DNA of 61,627 bases, counting the filler, from Hausera hauseri (Eukaryota), in assembly GCA_046269625.1 (NCBI GenBank). It is 10 parts of 10 records of this genome, joined end to end, with 100 filler letters (N's around TTAATTAATTAA, not from the genome) between each part and the next. Parts side by side here need not be neighbours in the genome. Positions count along the whole stretch, not along the records: positions 10,825 to 17,397 come from JBJURY010085435.1; positions 17,498 to 22,210 come from JBJURY010464800.1; positions 22,311 to 26,651 come from JBJURY010627441.1; 7 more parts are not named here. The stretch is one strand, 5' to 3'. Shown one piece after another: positions 12,650 through 26,751 of this stretch. A program made the translations under genes and the position numbers. The stretch's first letter is position 1; every line of letters begins with the position of its first letter. The notes under the pieces are model-generated. The model saw only the letters and a list, made by a program, of their open reading frames with translations, was not told the DNA's origin and ran no database searches.

Positions 12650-15600
12650 TTGCTGAGTATAAATCTTCGGATATGTAAGATTTTTCATTGTGTACAAGCC
12701 TGCAAAACGAATCTTTGTTGATTGTAACAAAATGATCCTGTGCTGCTCGTATCCTCTCATCTGTAGGAGTCTCCTCTAAAGCGGTTAATTCGAACAATGA
12801 CCGTACAAGGGTTCCGAATAATGCTTCCGTTGGTGAACATCCTGTGGAAGTGGACGGAGTGTTCCGCCAACCAAGCAGGACGAATGGTAGAAGTGTAGTC
12901 AAATTGGTGTTTGACTGCGCAAGGATTCGAAGTGATGTTTTAAAGGTTCGGCGGAAACGTTCGAGGAGGCCATGTGATTTGGGATGATAGGGTATAGTAT
13001 GAATATGACTTATACTTAATCGGTTGACTAGAGATTTGAACAGATTTGATTCGAATTGACAGCCTTGCTCCGAGATTATATAACGAGGGAATCCGAATCT
13101 ACAAATCCACGTACGGATGAAAGTATCGGCTATTGTGTCAGTGTTTGTGCTCCGCAGTGGAATGGCTTCCGGCCGTCGTTAGGCACGGTCCATCATGGTC
13201 AGAATAAATTGGTAGCCGTTGTCTATTGGAAGAGGACCGACGATATCAATATGTACAGTTTCTAAACGTGATGTGCATGGAAAGTGGTATAATGGAGGTT
13301 TTAGATGTTTTAGTGTTTTATATTTCTGACAAGGCACGCACTCTAACCCATGCTTGCACATTGGAGTGCATGGTCGGCCACACTACTTGTCTTTGAAGTA
13401 AACGAAAAGTTGTTTTGGCACCAGGATGATGTAACGAATGAACATTATGACATGCTTGTTTATGTAAAGGTGGAGCAAGAATTATTTTGTATTGTCCTGG
13501 TTTGGAAGTGTCTAGGGCCACGCCGTCGATTATCTGATGATATTTGAACGATTTGAGAATATATTGCGATGGCCGATTTTCCTGGAGCTTTGTCTGAGTG
13601 AAGACTGGCGAAAAATTGATCGAACCGACTGATCTGGATAGGAAATCGGCAAATAGATTGTCAACACTTTCGATATGTTTGATGTCAAAGTTGAATCAGA
13701 TAAATATGAAATTTGCCGTTCTTGTCGAGTTGAAGGGTATTTCATTGCCATTATATTAATCAACGGCTTGTGATCTGTCTGTATAACAAAATGGCGGGCT
13801 GTAAGTAAATGAGAAAAATATCTTAAAGTGAGAACTATTGGCAACAGTTCCCGATCGAAAGTTGAATATCTACTTTCTGGTGGCGTTAATTTTCGGGAAA
13901 AAATTCTAGAGGTTGATTTTCTCCTTTGCACAACTGGTGTAATACAGCACCTACTAAGATGTTTGATCATCTGTAGTTAAAATTTACCCGGTGTCTGGTT
14001 TAGGAAATGCTAGAATTTCGACAGTCTTTAGTCCTTCTCGTAGTCTATCAAATTTATTGACTAGTTGTGGTGTACACACAATTTTATGGTGTTTTTTCCT
14101 CCACTTAAATGTTCAAAAGGTGCCTTGAGTTCCGAACAATATGGTATATATTTGTAGACGAAATGCAGGGTACCAAGAAAACTGCGCATTTCTGTTGTTG
14201 TCTTACGTAGTTGGACATTTTTAAGAGATTCGACTTGATCAGGTTGAGGTGAATGGCCGTTTGAAGAGATAATATGTCCGAGGAAATTATCGCGCTTTTG
14301 AAAGAAGTTACATTTCGCGAAATTGATCTGTAGGTTGAAATGGTTAAGTCGTTTGAAAATGGATCGTAGGTGTTCCTCGTGTTGTTTAACTGACGAACAG
14401 GCAACTAAGATATCGTCAATATATGGATACGCAAAGGTGACATCTGAAAGTATTGAATCGATGTGTCACTGGAAAGTATGCGCGGCATTCCGGAGACCTA
14501 AAGGCATATACAAGAAGCGAAGACCATGCTGATTTATATCTGCGGACGATACCTGATTGTTCGAGTACTATAAATTCAGCTTCTACTGCTTGACTACGAT
14601 GCGGTGACAATGGACGGATCTTTTGTCGAATTGGTCTTCGATGTCTTGTAATTATGTGGTGGTAAATGCCGTTTACTGGGGTGAAATTCCTATCTTTCTG
14701 AAGTATACGAGGATAAGAAGTATGGACGAATTGTTGTAGACTTGCTGGTAGTTACTGGAATGTTGTAACTGACTATGAACCGAGGTTGCTAGCAGTACTT
14801 GGTATATGGTGATTAGTTGTTGATGAGGAATCAAGTGGAGTTTGGAGTATGATGGTCAGGTCTGGAACCGTGTTTGAGTAAGTGTTATTGTTCAATGATT
14901 TTCGGAAAATACCAGATTGTCGGTGTCGACATTGTCCTTTAGAAGCTTACGGTGTAAAACGTGATAGTTATTGGAATTAGAACAAGGTACTGGCTGTTTT
15001 AAAATAGATTTATTACTTACTGTTGACTGTGGCGTCGTTGGGATGCTGTCTATACATGTGCTACGGTCTACAGGTGTATTCGCTTTCAGGCAGCGTCGGT
15101 TACAATCGACTAGCAAATTATAGTGCGAAAGGAAATCTGAGCCGTCTGGACGTTAGTGACTGTAAACGTCCAATAAAATGAAGAGGAAAAGTTTTGTAAA
15201 GTAAAAGATAATTTCCAAGTTCCGGCAATACGAAGAGATTGACCAGATGCAGTGTATAAAGATTTTATTTTAGATGAAGAATGTTGAACCGGAAAAGAAA
15301 GTGGGAGTAGTGAGGTCGCTGCGCCAGTATCGATGAGAAAATCTATGGATTGAATGTTAGGATCAGAGATAGCAGCTTTTAATGTAAAAACTGCAAATGA
15401 AGTGTGTCGGCAAAAGGAATTAAATAAGTTGCCTTTGCCAGGATCTGCCGAGAATACTGGTGGCGAAATAAGTTTTTTGAAAACGGGGAACCTGAGCGAC
15501 TGTTAGAAACGAAAGTTGTGCGTTCGTCATTTTCATGGTGGGATTTGTTTTTAAACGTGCAACCTGGAGTGCATTTGCGTGCATTATGTCTGAATTTTCC

Positions 15601-16040
15601 ATGATATATGCAAATGACATTGTCCGTATGGTATTTTTTATCATAAAATTTGCACCCTAGGTGGCATTTTTGTGTATTACTATCAAACCTACTGTGGTAA
15701 TAGAAAATCAGTGATCGTCCAGGTGAAGGTGAACGACCACGAGATACTGAACGGTTACGGTCATGTATGAAACCCTCACGTCGAGTCAATGAAATCTCGT
15801 TCAGTTTATTGTTGATGGTGTTGATTATGTGTTGTAGTGCCGCATTTTCGGCACGTAATTGATTCAGTTGGTGCTCAATAGAAGTATGTTGTTGATTGCC
15901 ATCGGTCCTAATAGCGGCAGATATGATGGGTTGTGGTTGGATTTGTAAGACTTCGTGTGCTTTATCTGCCAATTCAGCCAGTTTATTTAAGGCTGTAGAA
16001 TCTTCAACAACGGTAAGTAAAGCCCTAATTTGAATGAGTA
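12650..16040 (-). mobile_element. Degenerate Ty3/Gypsy element, family B copy 2
   Basis: Minus-strand gag (KLAELADK, YYHSRF..KC...C), FLIDTGA, internally deleted RT, YSTFDREL, TDHKPL, HSLHHPG, HIDIVGPLP, LGWRNTP. Confidence 0.9.
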
Positions 16041-16139
16041 GGTAGATGTGAGGGCACTGGGCCAATACCCCCACCCCCATATTATGAAAATTGATGCGTT
16101 TAAACAAAAGTGAATTTCACGAATTGATGAACCGGTACT

Positions 16140-16312
16140 TATATGTTATCCCCGATGGGGTGAATCCCTGATTGGGTGAATTCATGATTGGGCGAATCCG
16201 TGATTGGGTGTATATGTACTCATATTTTATCCCCCGATTGGCTGAGTTCGTCATTATATAGTATTAGGTGAATATGTACTTATATTTTATCCCCTATTGG
16301 GTGAATCCGAAA
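16140..16312. repeat. Cluster of short GATTGGGTGAAT-like repeats (possible DNA-transposon subterminal array)
   Basis: About 7 degenerate copies plus repeated ATATGTACT(C/T)ATATTTTATCCCC. Confidence 0.5.
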
Positions 16313-18354
16313 TTACTACTAATAATTTTTTTTGGTAATCGGGTATAAATATATGTGTGTAAATCGCATGGCGTTGTTTCAAGAATTGTACGACAAATGG
16401 TATGACTTTAAATCTGTTATCCGAAATAATTTATATACTTAGAATTACAAAATAGATTTACAAAAACAGTATAAATGTTCCCAAAACAATGAAACGTATT
16501 TAAAAACCTTAATAATAAAACACAGTAAAGAATGAAATATTGATTATTATTGTTCATTAAGAAACCATTCATGAATGCTTTAAAAATTTACCCGAATTGT
16601 TGTATATTTGGTTTTTTCGGATGTTTGCAATGAATGACCGAGACACATTGGAATGATTGCCTGGACGACAATTGTGTTATTCAATTTGTGGTTATCGTCA
16701 ATCGATTCTATTGTTTTATTTAGTAATAACTATGTCCCTGTAAAATTATCGACGAAAATAATAATGGATAATATGGATCTTTACCTATTGCATGTACCGT
16801 TTTTGGGTTAAGGTTTTCTAATCGAATACTATATTGATAAATGTCAGCCGCCGAAAGACAGCTAAATGAAGCTAATTCCTGTCTCCGGTAGTGGCGCCAC
16901 AAGTTTAAAATACTTAATGTACTTGGTCCAATCACCATATATATATATATATAGTTGACTAAAACGAAATAGACAGAAATAAAAGATTTTTGTGTGTGAT
17001 TAAATTTTTGATCTGTTTTGTTGAATAAAATGAGTAAGTGGTATTTCGATTTTTTACGCGAGTGGTCATCTGTTATAATATAGATTATACCAAATTAGAA
17101 TTCTCTACATATATTGACAATGGGGGCTTGTAAAATTGTTTAGTATAATGGTTTTGTCCTAGCGGCATTACCTACCAAAATCAATAATAAATTTTTACGA
17201 TAAGGGTTTTGTTCTTGTATCATTACCCATTAAATTTCGATTTGTAGTTTAGATTTCCGTATTTGAAATAGAGTAGCCCCGATCGTCAGATTACGTCTGT
17301 GAAATAAATAAATAAAATTTCTGATTCTCAGGCTTTATCCTTGTGATACTACCTGAAGACGGGTTGTTAAGTCGATTCTTAACGACTCACCAAAATCNNN
17401 NNNNNNNNNNNNNNNNNNNNNNNNNNNNNNNNNNNNNNNNNTTAATTAATTAANNNNNNNNNNNNNNNNNNNNNNNNNNNNNNNNNNNNNNNNNNNNTTT
17501 ACTAAGTTTATATATAATTTTAACAAAAACCCTCATTGGCTATTTTCCAGCGCGCACACGTGTGTAATAAACAAAACAGTTTCAATCAACGTGACATGTT
17601 TATATAGAGGTGTAAATTTCATTTCACTCCGTCTCTCTTTCTCTGCCTCTACAAAACAACAATAATGAAGTCTCGTGAAGCATCCAAGTTCAATGATGCT
17701 GCTGCTGCTGCAAGTCAACCACGACACAATAAATATTCAGTAGGCTGTCTCGGTTGTACAATGGCTACAAATTGAACTACCTACGAACGCCCATTAAATT
17801 GTCATTGGTACAACCGGTCAAACTTAAACAACTTTGTTGGCAAAGAAAATCAGTGACAGTGATTTGGACACGATGGAACGTACGCTGAAAATCGTCGACA
17901 CTGATTTGGTGTTGTCCAATGATATTCGGGACACATCATCTCTTTTTCTCTAAGGACAATATGAAAAAGATTATCCGTTCAAGTGGTAACGAAATAGCAA
18001 CAACAACAGAAGCGACGACGTTGACATCCGAAGGTGCTAAATGCTGCCTGACGCTGATATTGAAAGGCTGCAAAGAACTGTGTGGCGTTAAATCGCCAAT
18101 GTGGAAACTGGGAAAATTTAGTTTGATTTGACTTGCCTTTTGTGTTTTATGATTAATAAATTATTGATTTTCCTTTTTTCTTAATTCATTATTTTTATTA
18201 AATACCTTACACAGTAATACGTTAAATTAAAAAGACAAAACAAAATACTTGGAACAAATATATATTATTTACAAAAATCAAATAATAGCGAGTGTAATAG
18301 TTTATAAATTGTACTTGTCTGACTGTCTTTGTCTGAGCTGTCTAACTGGGCATG

Positions 18355-21300
18355 TGTTTTACTTCAACTCTTATTTCGCCCCACCCACTTTCGCTTGTCA
18401 TCGTTGCATGACAAAGCAACCTTTTTATTTGTGATGGTATACAACTGGTGTTCAATCGATCGTATGGTCGTTTGAGACACAACAGACTTTCCTTCTTCTT
18501 CTTCTTGTCCATTATAGACACGCCGATAATCACCGTGATTTATTTCAGTCCGTTTCAGCTGGATGCCTTTTGCCCGCATTTTCGGCCCACAGTCTGCCAG
18601 AAGACTGTAGCACTTTGGGAGCAAAAATATCCATTTCCTGTATCGAACCCGGCTTTCACTTTCGTCCTTAATCAGCCGATTTTGTTTATTATTGCGCTGC
18701 TGTATAGAGGATGAATCTGCGAGTAGCTGGACGTGTCCAGTAGTCCATTTGACATTATTTGTTGGAGCAGCTGGTCTTGACTGATGTTTTTTAGCTCAAG
18801 GAAAAAGCTGTCTGTGTCACTGGCAACGATACTGATCTCATAGCCGCCAAAAATTTTCAGGTAACGTGCCAAGTCACGATACTGTAGCTCCAACATTCGC
18901 AACTTGCTAAGATCCAATACCACTTGTCCTATATAGCATGGTCGGCCCAGTACGACTTATTCTCTGTTTAGAAGCACGGAAATGTGCATTGATCGCCTGA
19001 ACTGAGCCTTGCTGGTGTACGTTACCTGTCGTTTTTCGTTGTTGCACAGGCGCACATTGAGCCGCTTCTTCAAATTCTCCACTGTTTTCCCGTAGAGTGT
19101 ATTGTTTTGAGCATGTAATAGTCCTTTTTGAACTTTGTACAAGCTGCGGCTCGTTTTTCTGAATTTCCATCAATGTACGCCTTGAATATCGGCGCCTAAT
19201 TGAAGCGGATTGCACTATGCAGCAGTGTGACGCGTACACCGAGCTGCATGTAAAGATGCAGTAGACGCCAATGAACCACGTAATTCAATTTGGGATCATG
19301 CGTCATGAGCAGTTTTTACTTTTGAGCCGGGCAGATAGTGAATGATTGGTGCCACGGATAATTAGTCCAGAACGTCATGCAGCTCATCTGGTACTAAAAA
19401 ATCTACTTTCATTAGGTAGCTAACTGAGCTAATTTCTGTCGTGTTTTCTGCGGCTGGCAGACTGTCCAGCAATGTATCGAGTTTTTGTTTGTCAATTATC
19501 CATTCAAATGAACCGTACGGCAAGGGTTGTGAAAGCGCCCAGCCGTACAGATTATTAATATCGATGTAAAACATTGACGTTATATCATTGTCATCACTGG
19601 TTACGTGATGCTTGTTGACAAATATCATGCCGCCACAAATACCAACATCAAATAGTCGGTACATTTCCGGGTCTTGCAACAACTCAATTTCCCTGTCCAG
19701 CAACATTAGTGCCGATGTCCAACCCATCCCCGATATGGAGTAAAGGTGTAGCAGCTGCAGCCTATCTTCTGCCAACGCTTTAGTCTGAAATACATCGGCT
19801 AACAAGTAAACGTCCAGTTTCAGGTACTGGGGCATGTACGCCAACATGTTTCTGCAGCTGAGTTCTGTCCACGCTTCCTGTGCTCTGTGGTACTCGTCCT
19901 CAGTGATTCCGGTCCATTGTGGCGGCAGTTCATCTGTTGTCTGAAGCCGCTCGTACGACACAGCAAAATCATATGGGATTATGCCTTTGTTGCATGCAAT
20001 ATGCGCAGGGAACTGCGTCAGCGTTATGGACACATCCGGCAAGACACTTACGAACTTTCCTATAGTCTCATTGAGGAACTGAAATGAGTCAAGAAACCGT
20101 ACCTGGAACTAGTTTATGTGTGTCGATAGGGACAGGTACTTCTCCATCGTTGTTGGGATTATGGATAGCTCCCAGTGCGGAAATCCATTTATGGCTCATT
20201 TCAGAATATGGTGACTGTCATAACCTCGAAAGTTATGAAATATCACTAGTAGGAATGGCCGAACACGCCTTGCCAAATTGCATGCATTATATGCTGCTCC
20301 AAGGTATCCTCCGGTAAAGTGGTCGTGATCAGGTACGAGCCGTTCCTGTACATCGAACGGCAATATTTTGTGGCACAGGTAGCGTTCGTCAGTGGAAGCG
20401 AAAAGAAACGGTTTATATTCGTCTGCCTAGACCAATTGCTTCATGCTGTTATTCCGATACCACGGAGCGATTTACGCTTCCACTATTGTCTCCAACTGAT
20501 GCAGAAATCGCGGACACAGTTTCATCCGTGGAAAACGTAGTATTGTGGTTATCCGTCGGCTTCAATTGACACAACCAGCACGCTTATGGCGATTGGGACA
20601 TGCTTTTGTCGTAGATGTTGTGCCGTGGTAAAATTGCCTCGATATTAGCAGATACCGCCTATGCCGGATTGCCTGTTGTTGACAAATCACTGAATCTCAG
20701 TTCCTTTTTCACTGGCATGACATACATTGTTGTTTCTGCTGCATTTTTCCTGCATAGCACCACATGCTTTTCCCACGTCGCTTCTGATCTAAAGCCATTT
20801 GCAGCGTATGCGTTTTTGGACAAACTGATCATGGTCCATGTTTATTAGTCTATCCAAATTTGTTTCTGCCACATAATAAAAGTTTTCTGCATTTTCCAAC
20901 AGCAGCAAATTTACTGAGCGTCTATTTGAGTTCCGAATGAGGTAGATTATGTCTACATGGGAATTTTTGTATATTTCTTCATCTGCCGGTATCTTTATGA
21001 TTGTGTTGTACCGAAACACGTTTATTGACAATGTTGGATTGCGCCATTCAAATGCCGGGATGGTTTTGAGTTTCATCGACATCCAGTTTTCGTCGTAGAT
21101 CAATTCGGAGAAATAATTACTGTATTGCTTTGGACAATTTGCTTGATGTCTGGACACTTAGTCATATTTTAATACGGCCAGAATACTGTAAAGAAAACAG
21201 TATTTATTGTTCGTATTTTGAACATTTACTATCTCCGGAGACTGCTTTAATGCCGCACGTGTCGGTATAAATGACCGTCCGGACAGGTATATCATGTCAC

Positions 21301-21780
21301 TCGGCTTTGTTATAATGAAACCTAGAGTGACAATCTTTACAATTAGTCAGAAGCTGCCTTTTTCCGTATAGTTGGCGATTTTCTCGTCGAGCTTTTCGCC
21401 AATGTCCTCAACGAAATCTTCGGTATATGGTATAGCTTGATGTGACAGGTACCATTGTTTCCTGTCACCTTGCACGTTTCCGAATTCTATAGGTGCATAA
21501 TACTGCACTTTGCAGTGTTTGAATTTCCGCACTTCAACTTTCAGTCGGCTTTGCACACCGAACGGGATATGTCTGAGTTGCATTGTTGTTGTTGTTGTTG
21601 TTGTTGTCGTTGCCGCTGACATGTCCACCTTTATGTCCACGTACGATCTGTTTAGATCGTAATTGACGGTAAAGTGTGGTTTCTGCTGGTCCTGTTGCTG
21701 CTGCTTATTGTTGCTGCTTTGCAAGTATTCGAGAAGGCTTGTGGATGCTTGACGTTTCCTACTGGTTCTTGTTGTTGTTG
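18355..21780 (-). pseudogene. Protein-primed family-B DNA polymerase of Polinton/Maverick-adintovirus type, near full-length relic
   Basis: Exo motifs YADIE, FHNFRGYDSH, KGIIPYD, YLKLDVYLLADVF; Pol motifs YIDINNLYGWALSQPLP, NNTLYGKTVEN, SDTDSF; C-terminal ALSCNDDKR; N-terminal CFLYSILA block; many stops and frameshifts. Confidence 0.88.
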
Positions 21781-22964
21781 TTGTCGGGGGAATGCTTCTT
21801 TTTGTTCAGTCCATGACTAGTTGCTTTTTGGACTACTTAAACAGGTTTAAGTTGTCCTTGTGCAAATTATAGAATTATTCATAGTTGATTTGATCATCAA
21901 CTATAGAACAACCGGGACAAACATAGGTCCGTTTATTGTGCAGCGTTGTTGTGCCATAGTACTGCTCCATTGCAGTATGACAATCATCCGCGTTATGCAC
22001 CCTACTAGTACAGTATTGCGGCTATGTGGGGCAATTCTCACGCATCATCTTCTTGGACCACGTAAACGGCCCGAGATGATGCTTGTGCATCGCATAAAAG
22101 TCAGCGTGTGGACATTGCGTTGAAGTACTGCATGTTGGACATAGATATGTCAGTCCCAATAATGTAATACTTCTCTACTAGCTGATGGCACTGCTCCTGA
22201 TCTATGTGTANNNNNNNNNNNNNNNNNNNNNNNNNNNNNNNNNNNNNNNNNNNNTTAATTAATTAANNNNNNNNNNNNNNNNNNNNNNNNNNNNNNNNNN
22301 NNNNNNNNNNATTTTTAACATTTATTTACTTAAATTTCTTTTCAGATTGCCAATGCCAGCATCAAGGTATGCTATTAATTTACAACGGGTGTACAAATAT
22401 TTATCACATGGTGTAAAATAAATAAGTACTCGATTGATTTCAGTAATGCAGACGGATGATTCTAGTTAACGATATAGATTTTTCGCTCATGTTCGTCGTT
22501 ACTACATCGATTATATAAGATAGCAAGAACAGATTGTAAAAATCCATGGATAAAGACAAGTAAGAAATTGTTGAAATCCGGTAAGAATCGTCGACTTCCA
22601 ATGATCTAACTTCAATTTTGCAATTTGTCTGACAATAACAAAAGAAAGACTCAATGCCAGACGAGGTATTTATGCTTTATAATGCCCATTGACTATACAT
22701 ACCTATTACAACTTTCTTCAAAAGTGTCACATAACAATCGGAAAGTTCAAAACCGGCATCAATTTATTGGAGTTACTACTAATTATATGCCATGAATGTA
22801 ATATCCTAATTATTATGAAGTCTATCTAATTCACCTAATGGAACAATTCCGCAATGCTAAAGTTATATACACTATAAGACATAAGCTAAATTTTCAATAC
22901 GGAAAATTTCCTATTTGACTTTTCAATTGAGTGTAGTATGACATGCAAAACAAAACGAGCTTAC

Positions 22965-23390
22965 CTCAAAATCTTTAATGTGACTGTCCACAATATTGGC
23001 CTTATTCAACACTAAAACAACACGACCAGTTGTATCCAAATACGTTTTCATAACTTCACGGGGTCCTTCACGAATCGGATATGGTGCCTTCACACTAACA
23101 TCACTAACACCCTCCGGCAGCACAACACGCACTGTCGCATGGTCGATCAACTGATCATCATAAATATGATCAATAAATCGAATTTTCAGTGCAAATCGAT
23201 TGTCTTTTGAATAGAGAAATTCATAACTGGGAACATTATATCCAAGAGTATATTGAGTTTTCCATATGCCAAATAAAAGAAATCTCGGGCGCAATTCAAC
23301 CTCGACCGAATCCGACAATTCTTTGAAATGACTCATGCTAATATTGTCAATTTCATTACGGTAGAACACAATACGAGTACTGGCGTGCAA
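22965..23390 (-). pseudogene. RPN1: Ribophorin I (OST subunit 1) exon fragment, diverged
   Basis: YRNEIDNISMSH..ELRPRFLLFGIWKT..GYN.P..LPEG..TYLDTTGR match RPN1 with substitutions at conserved sites; GT donor at 22964; truncated by a transposon at 23391. Confidence 0.85.
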
Positions 23391-23392
23391 TA

Positions 23393-24322
23393 CAGTTGTT
23401 TCAGACTTTTCACCGATGAAATTTCATCTTGCGTTCGTTGTTAATCGTATTGTGAAAATGGACCTTTCAATTTTGCACCACTGTGTTAAAGGTCAACTGT
23501 TTCTTCAATTACAATGTTTCCGCAGAGAAATTTCGGTCAGACGATTCAATGAAGTAACGTAAGTCAATAATATTTGATTTTCCCAAGCAGAACCGAACAT
23601 TGATTTTCTGGGAATGAGCATGGTGCTCATAAATTTCATCAGACTTGACTGTTGCCCACGATTTCGTGTTTTGACTATTCCCATGGCTGGACATATGGAA
23701 TATTTCTTCATCGTCGAAGTACAAATTATCGGGAAACAATGGGTTTGTCAAATTTGCGTTGCTGAAATATGTGCAGAGGAAAATTCTTGAAAAGTAATCT
23801 TTCTCCTTGAGCATCTGATGGGTCTGCAGCTTGTATGACTTCATTTCAAAAATTTTCTGTACCGTAGAATATGGAATGTTTAATTCCTGTAAAGCTTGTC
23901 GAACTGATTTACAAGGGCTTTTTTCGAATGCTTCTTTCATCATTTGTATTGTGCGCTCATCAGTTTGAGAATGTCCACTTCGATGTTTGTCATGGATCCT
24001 GTTTCTTTGAATTTTTCAATCATTCTTTAATTGGTTTTGAGTCGAAAGCATCTTTCTTATACTTTTTCCTGTATTTCTTCTGCGCACTGGCAATTTCATC
24101 CGATTTATTGTATTAGAGTACACAATCCACTTTCTCTTGAAAGGCTTATTTGTTCTGCTTAGACATTTTCAAAAAGGTTTAAGTAAAGGTGATAAGAAAA
24201 CGGTTAATTTCACTATTTTATACTCTATAAACAGTTGACAACTGATATATACGAATTACTTAAATTCTGTGCAAAACTCTATGGTAGAATATTGAATTTC
24301 CGTGCATAATTTGTGAAATCTG
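23393..24322 (-). mobile_element. Tc1/mariner-superfamily element with 3'-deleted transposase
   Basis: HRSGH, SPCKSVRQ..ELNIPYSTVQKI (HTH), FDDEEIFH..GNSQNTKSW, HSQKINV; flanked by TA|CAG...CTG|TA; TIR similarity weak. Confidence 0.75.
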
Positions 24323-24827
24323 TATATATCACTCATGAGTTGATAGCATTGTACTCAAATTGTATCGACTTTTTTGTATAAGCTATTGCATAGGAAAATT
24401 ATGCAAGAGCTGCATAAAAATTACGTCCATGATTTGTATTTTTATTTTGTATACGTTATTATTAATATTCTTAAAAGTTGAACTTGGTTAAAAATCTTTA
24501 TTATGACATGTTTCGGCTTCAAGGGGCATCATCCGATAATATATTGAAAGTGAAATGAAATCGCAATTTTAATTATGCGAAGAGACTGTTACGTAACATG
24601 CTCACTATGGTGGTCCTTATTATAATAATAGAAAAGAATTTAATAATTTTATTTCTCCCAACCCTGCAAACGATGACCGACACCACAAGTAACATTACTG
24701 CAAATTTTTATTAAAATTATAGAATATTTACAGGTAGTGCAAGATCGTCTGAAATTTCCACTATGTCCAACGTTGTCCATTCATAATACAAGTCCACGCT
24801 TTCAAGTAGCAGGAAGAAAACTGTCAT

Positions 24828-26651
24828 TTAAGTATCATCAGTAACTGTTGTCTTCTTAGCATTGGGAAGCCTTCGCATGTGTTCTTCTAGCACTCTCAGG
24901 AGGCACTGCAACTGGTCTTCTTTCTTTGTTATATTACCAGAGAAGCATTGAAGAAGAGTTATAGCACTTTCAGCATTGTCATTAGTGACTGGAATGTTCT
25001 TGAAAATCTCTAACACCGTGGTCAAGTTTCAAAGCTGTAAAAATTCATTGAATTCTTTGTAACCAAGCTGGTCAAGGTAGACTGGAATGTAAGAAATAAT
25101 CCTCTGTTGGTGAGTACTTGTTGTCCTTCAACAGTATTAATTGCCTCAACCATCATTAGTTTCTCTTGAAGGATGATCTCGAAGTCAAAAAAGCAGAAGG
25201 GAAGTAAATTGTCTGAAAGATACCACATGTGTAAACTTGCCTTTCCCAGCACAGCTTCAGAAACACCAGTGTGATCGTAACTACGTACTCGATCAATTAA
25301 CTGCATATCCATGCGAGGTGAATTAACTGGATTGGAAGCTGTAAACCATGGGTCCATATAAAGCAGTATAGCAAATCGTGACATCTCTCTTATTTCTTCC
25401 TCCTCCTCCCCAGCTAACTGAAACTGACGTCTAAAAAGGCGATCTTCAATGAATATATGATCTTACTAATCCACCTTGCTTGAAGCATAGGTCCTGGAAC
25501 TTTAAACTCGCACGTTTCCTTACGGCTGAGATAAATAATGATCAGATCCAGATATTCTTTGTAGTCATCCCTTGGCATTCCGTCTTGAAGAAAGCGAAGA
25601 GCCAAGGATGTCAAATGAGATCTCTCCCTTTCTTCTATCCTCAGATCGATGACCTCCCACGAGTTTTCATCTATGGTACTCCACTTTCCTTAAAATGCTT
25701 GAACAGAGATACATCAGAACCCGAACTTTCACTCAACTTGCCAATACATGCGGCAAACGTTGCACCTGCATATAGCTCGAGAACGTGGCGTCTGCAGGCG
25801 AAATTCAGTAGATTCCTATTTAACTTCTGCTCGATGAGTGTACACGCACCAGTTCGTTTTCCAGTGTTAGCGGCTACGGTATCAAAATCAATACCAATAC
25901 CCCAGTCGTTTATCGTCTCGATGATAGCGTTACACTGTTCCTTGCTTCATACTCGTGAAATCTTTGGCACTGCAAGAAGCTGGTTAATATTCACCCCAGT
26001 CACTAGTATTGTAAGACGATCGGTTATCTCACCGCGAATCAAATCAGAAATAATTTTCCCGTCCCTGTGCACCACAATAGGATATCCTACACTGTTGAAT
26101 GAATCTTTAGTTTTAGTAGCTGCATTCTGCATGTTTTTCTCGGTGTCTTTTGATTCTTGATCAGTTGAGAGCCAACTCTCCGAGGTCGTGTCCAACAGTA
26201 CGGGCCGTCTTTGAAATGATAAACATGACACTTCTGTCGGTGACTCTTGCTAGGTCTAGAACTGTTGCCAGTACAAAAGAGAGTACCAACTTCCTACCTC
26301 TGGCTCTTTTACGCGGTGGTGACTGACAAGTTAACCGTAGATTCTTATTCCTGGGATCTCCTTCATTTGAAGAAACTAACAAGTCGGATGATGTAGGAAT
26401 TGTAGGATCTTTACTTGCTGATGGTGCAAAAGAACAGTATGTTTGTGATTCGAGGTTTCTCTTGTAAGCTTCTGCATATTCTTTGCCTTGTAGGGCTTTT
26501 TTCGTTAACTTCTTGTTTTCCATCTATGCATGCCATTGATCCACGACGTCCTGGTTCGCGTTGTGCTTTAAGAAACTCTGCATCTTCGAGAATTTTTATC
26601 ATGGCAAGAGCATGTTCATATGCGATATCGAAGAGGTCATTTAAAACTCCT
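24828..26651 (-). pseudogene. hAT-like (hATm-type) DDE transposase remnant
   Basis: FLKAQREPGRRG, VHRDGK, FDTVAANTG..TGAC, ACRRHVLEL (CxxH), PRDDYKE, PGP..ARWISKIIYSLKI, HMWYLS, VTNDNAESAI; fragmented. Confidence 0.7.
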
Positions 26652-26751
26652 NNNNNNNNNNNNNNNNNNNNNNNNNNNNNNNNNNNNNNNNNNNNTTAAT
26701 TAATTAANNNNNNNNNNNNNNNNNNNNNNNNNNNNNNNNNNNNNNNNNNNN

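Noticed and set aside
16140-16312. CRISPR-like or iteron array
   Set aside because: Irregular spacing and degenerate short units
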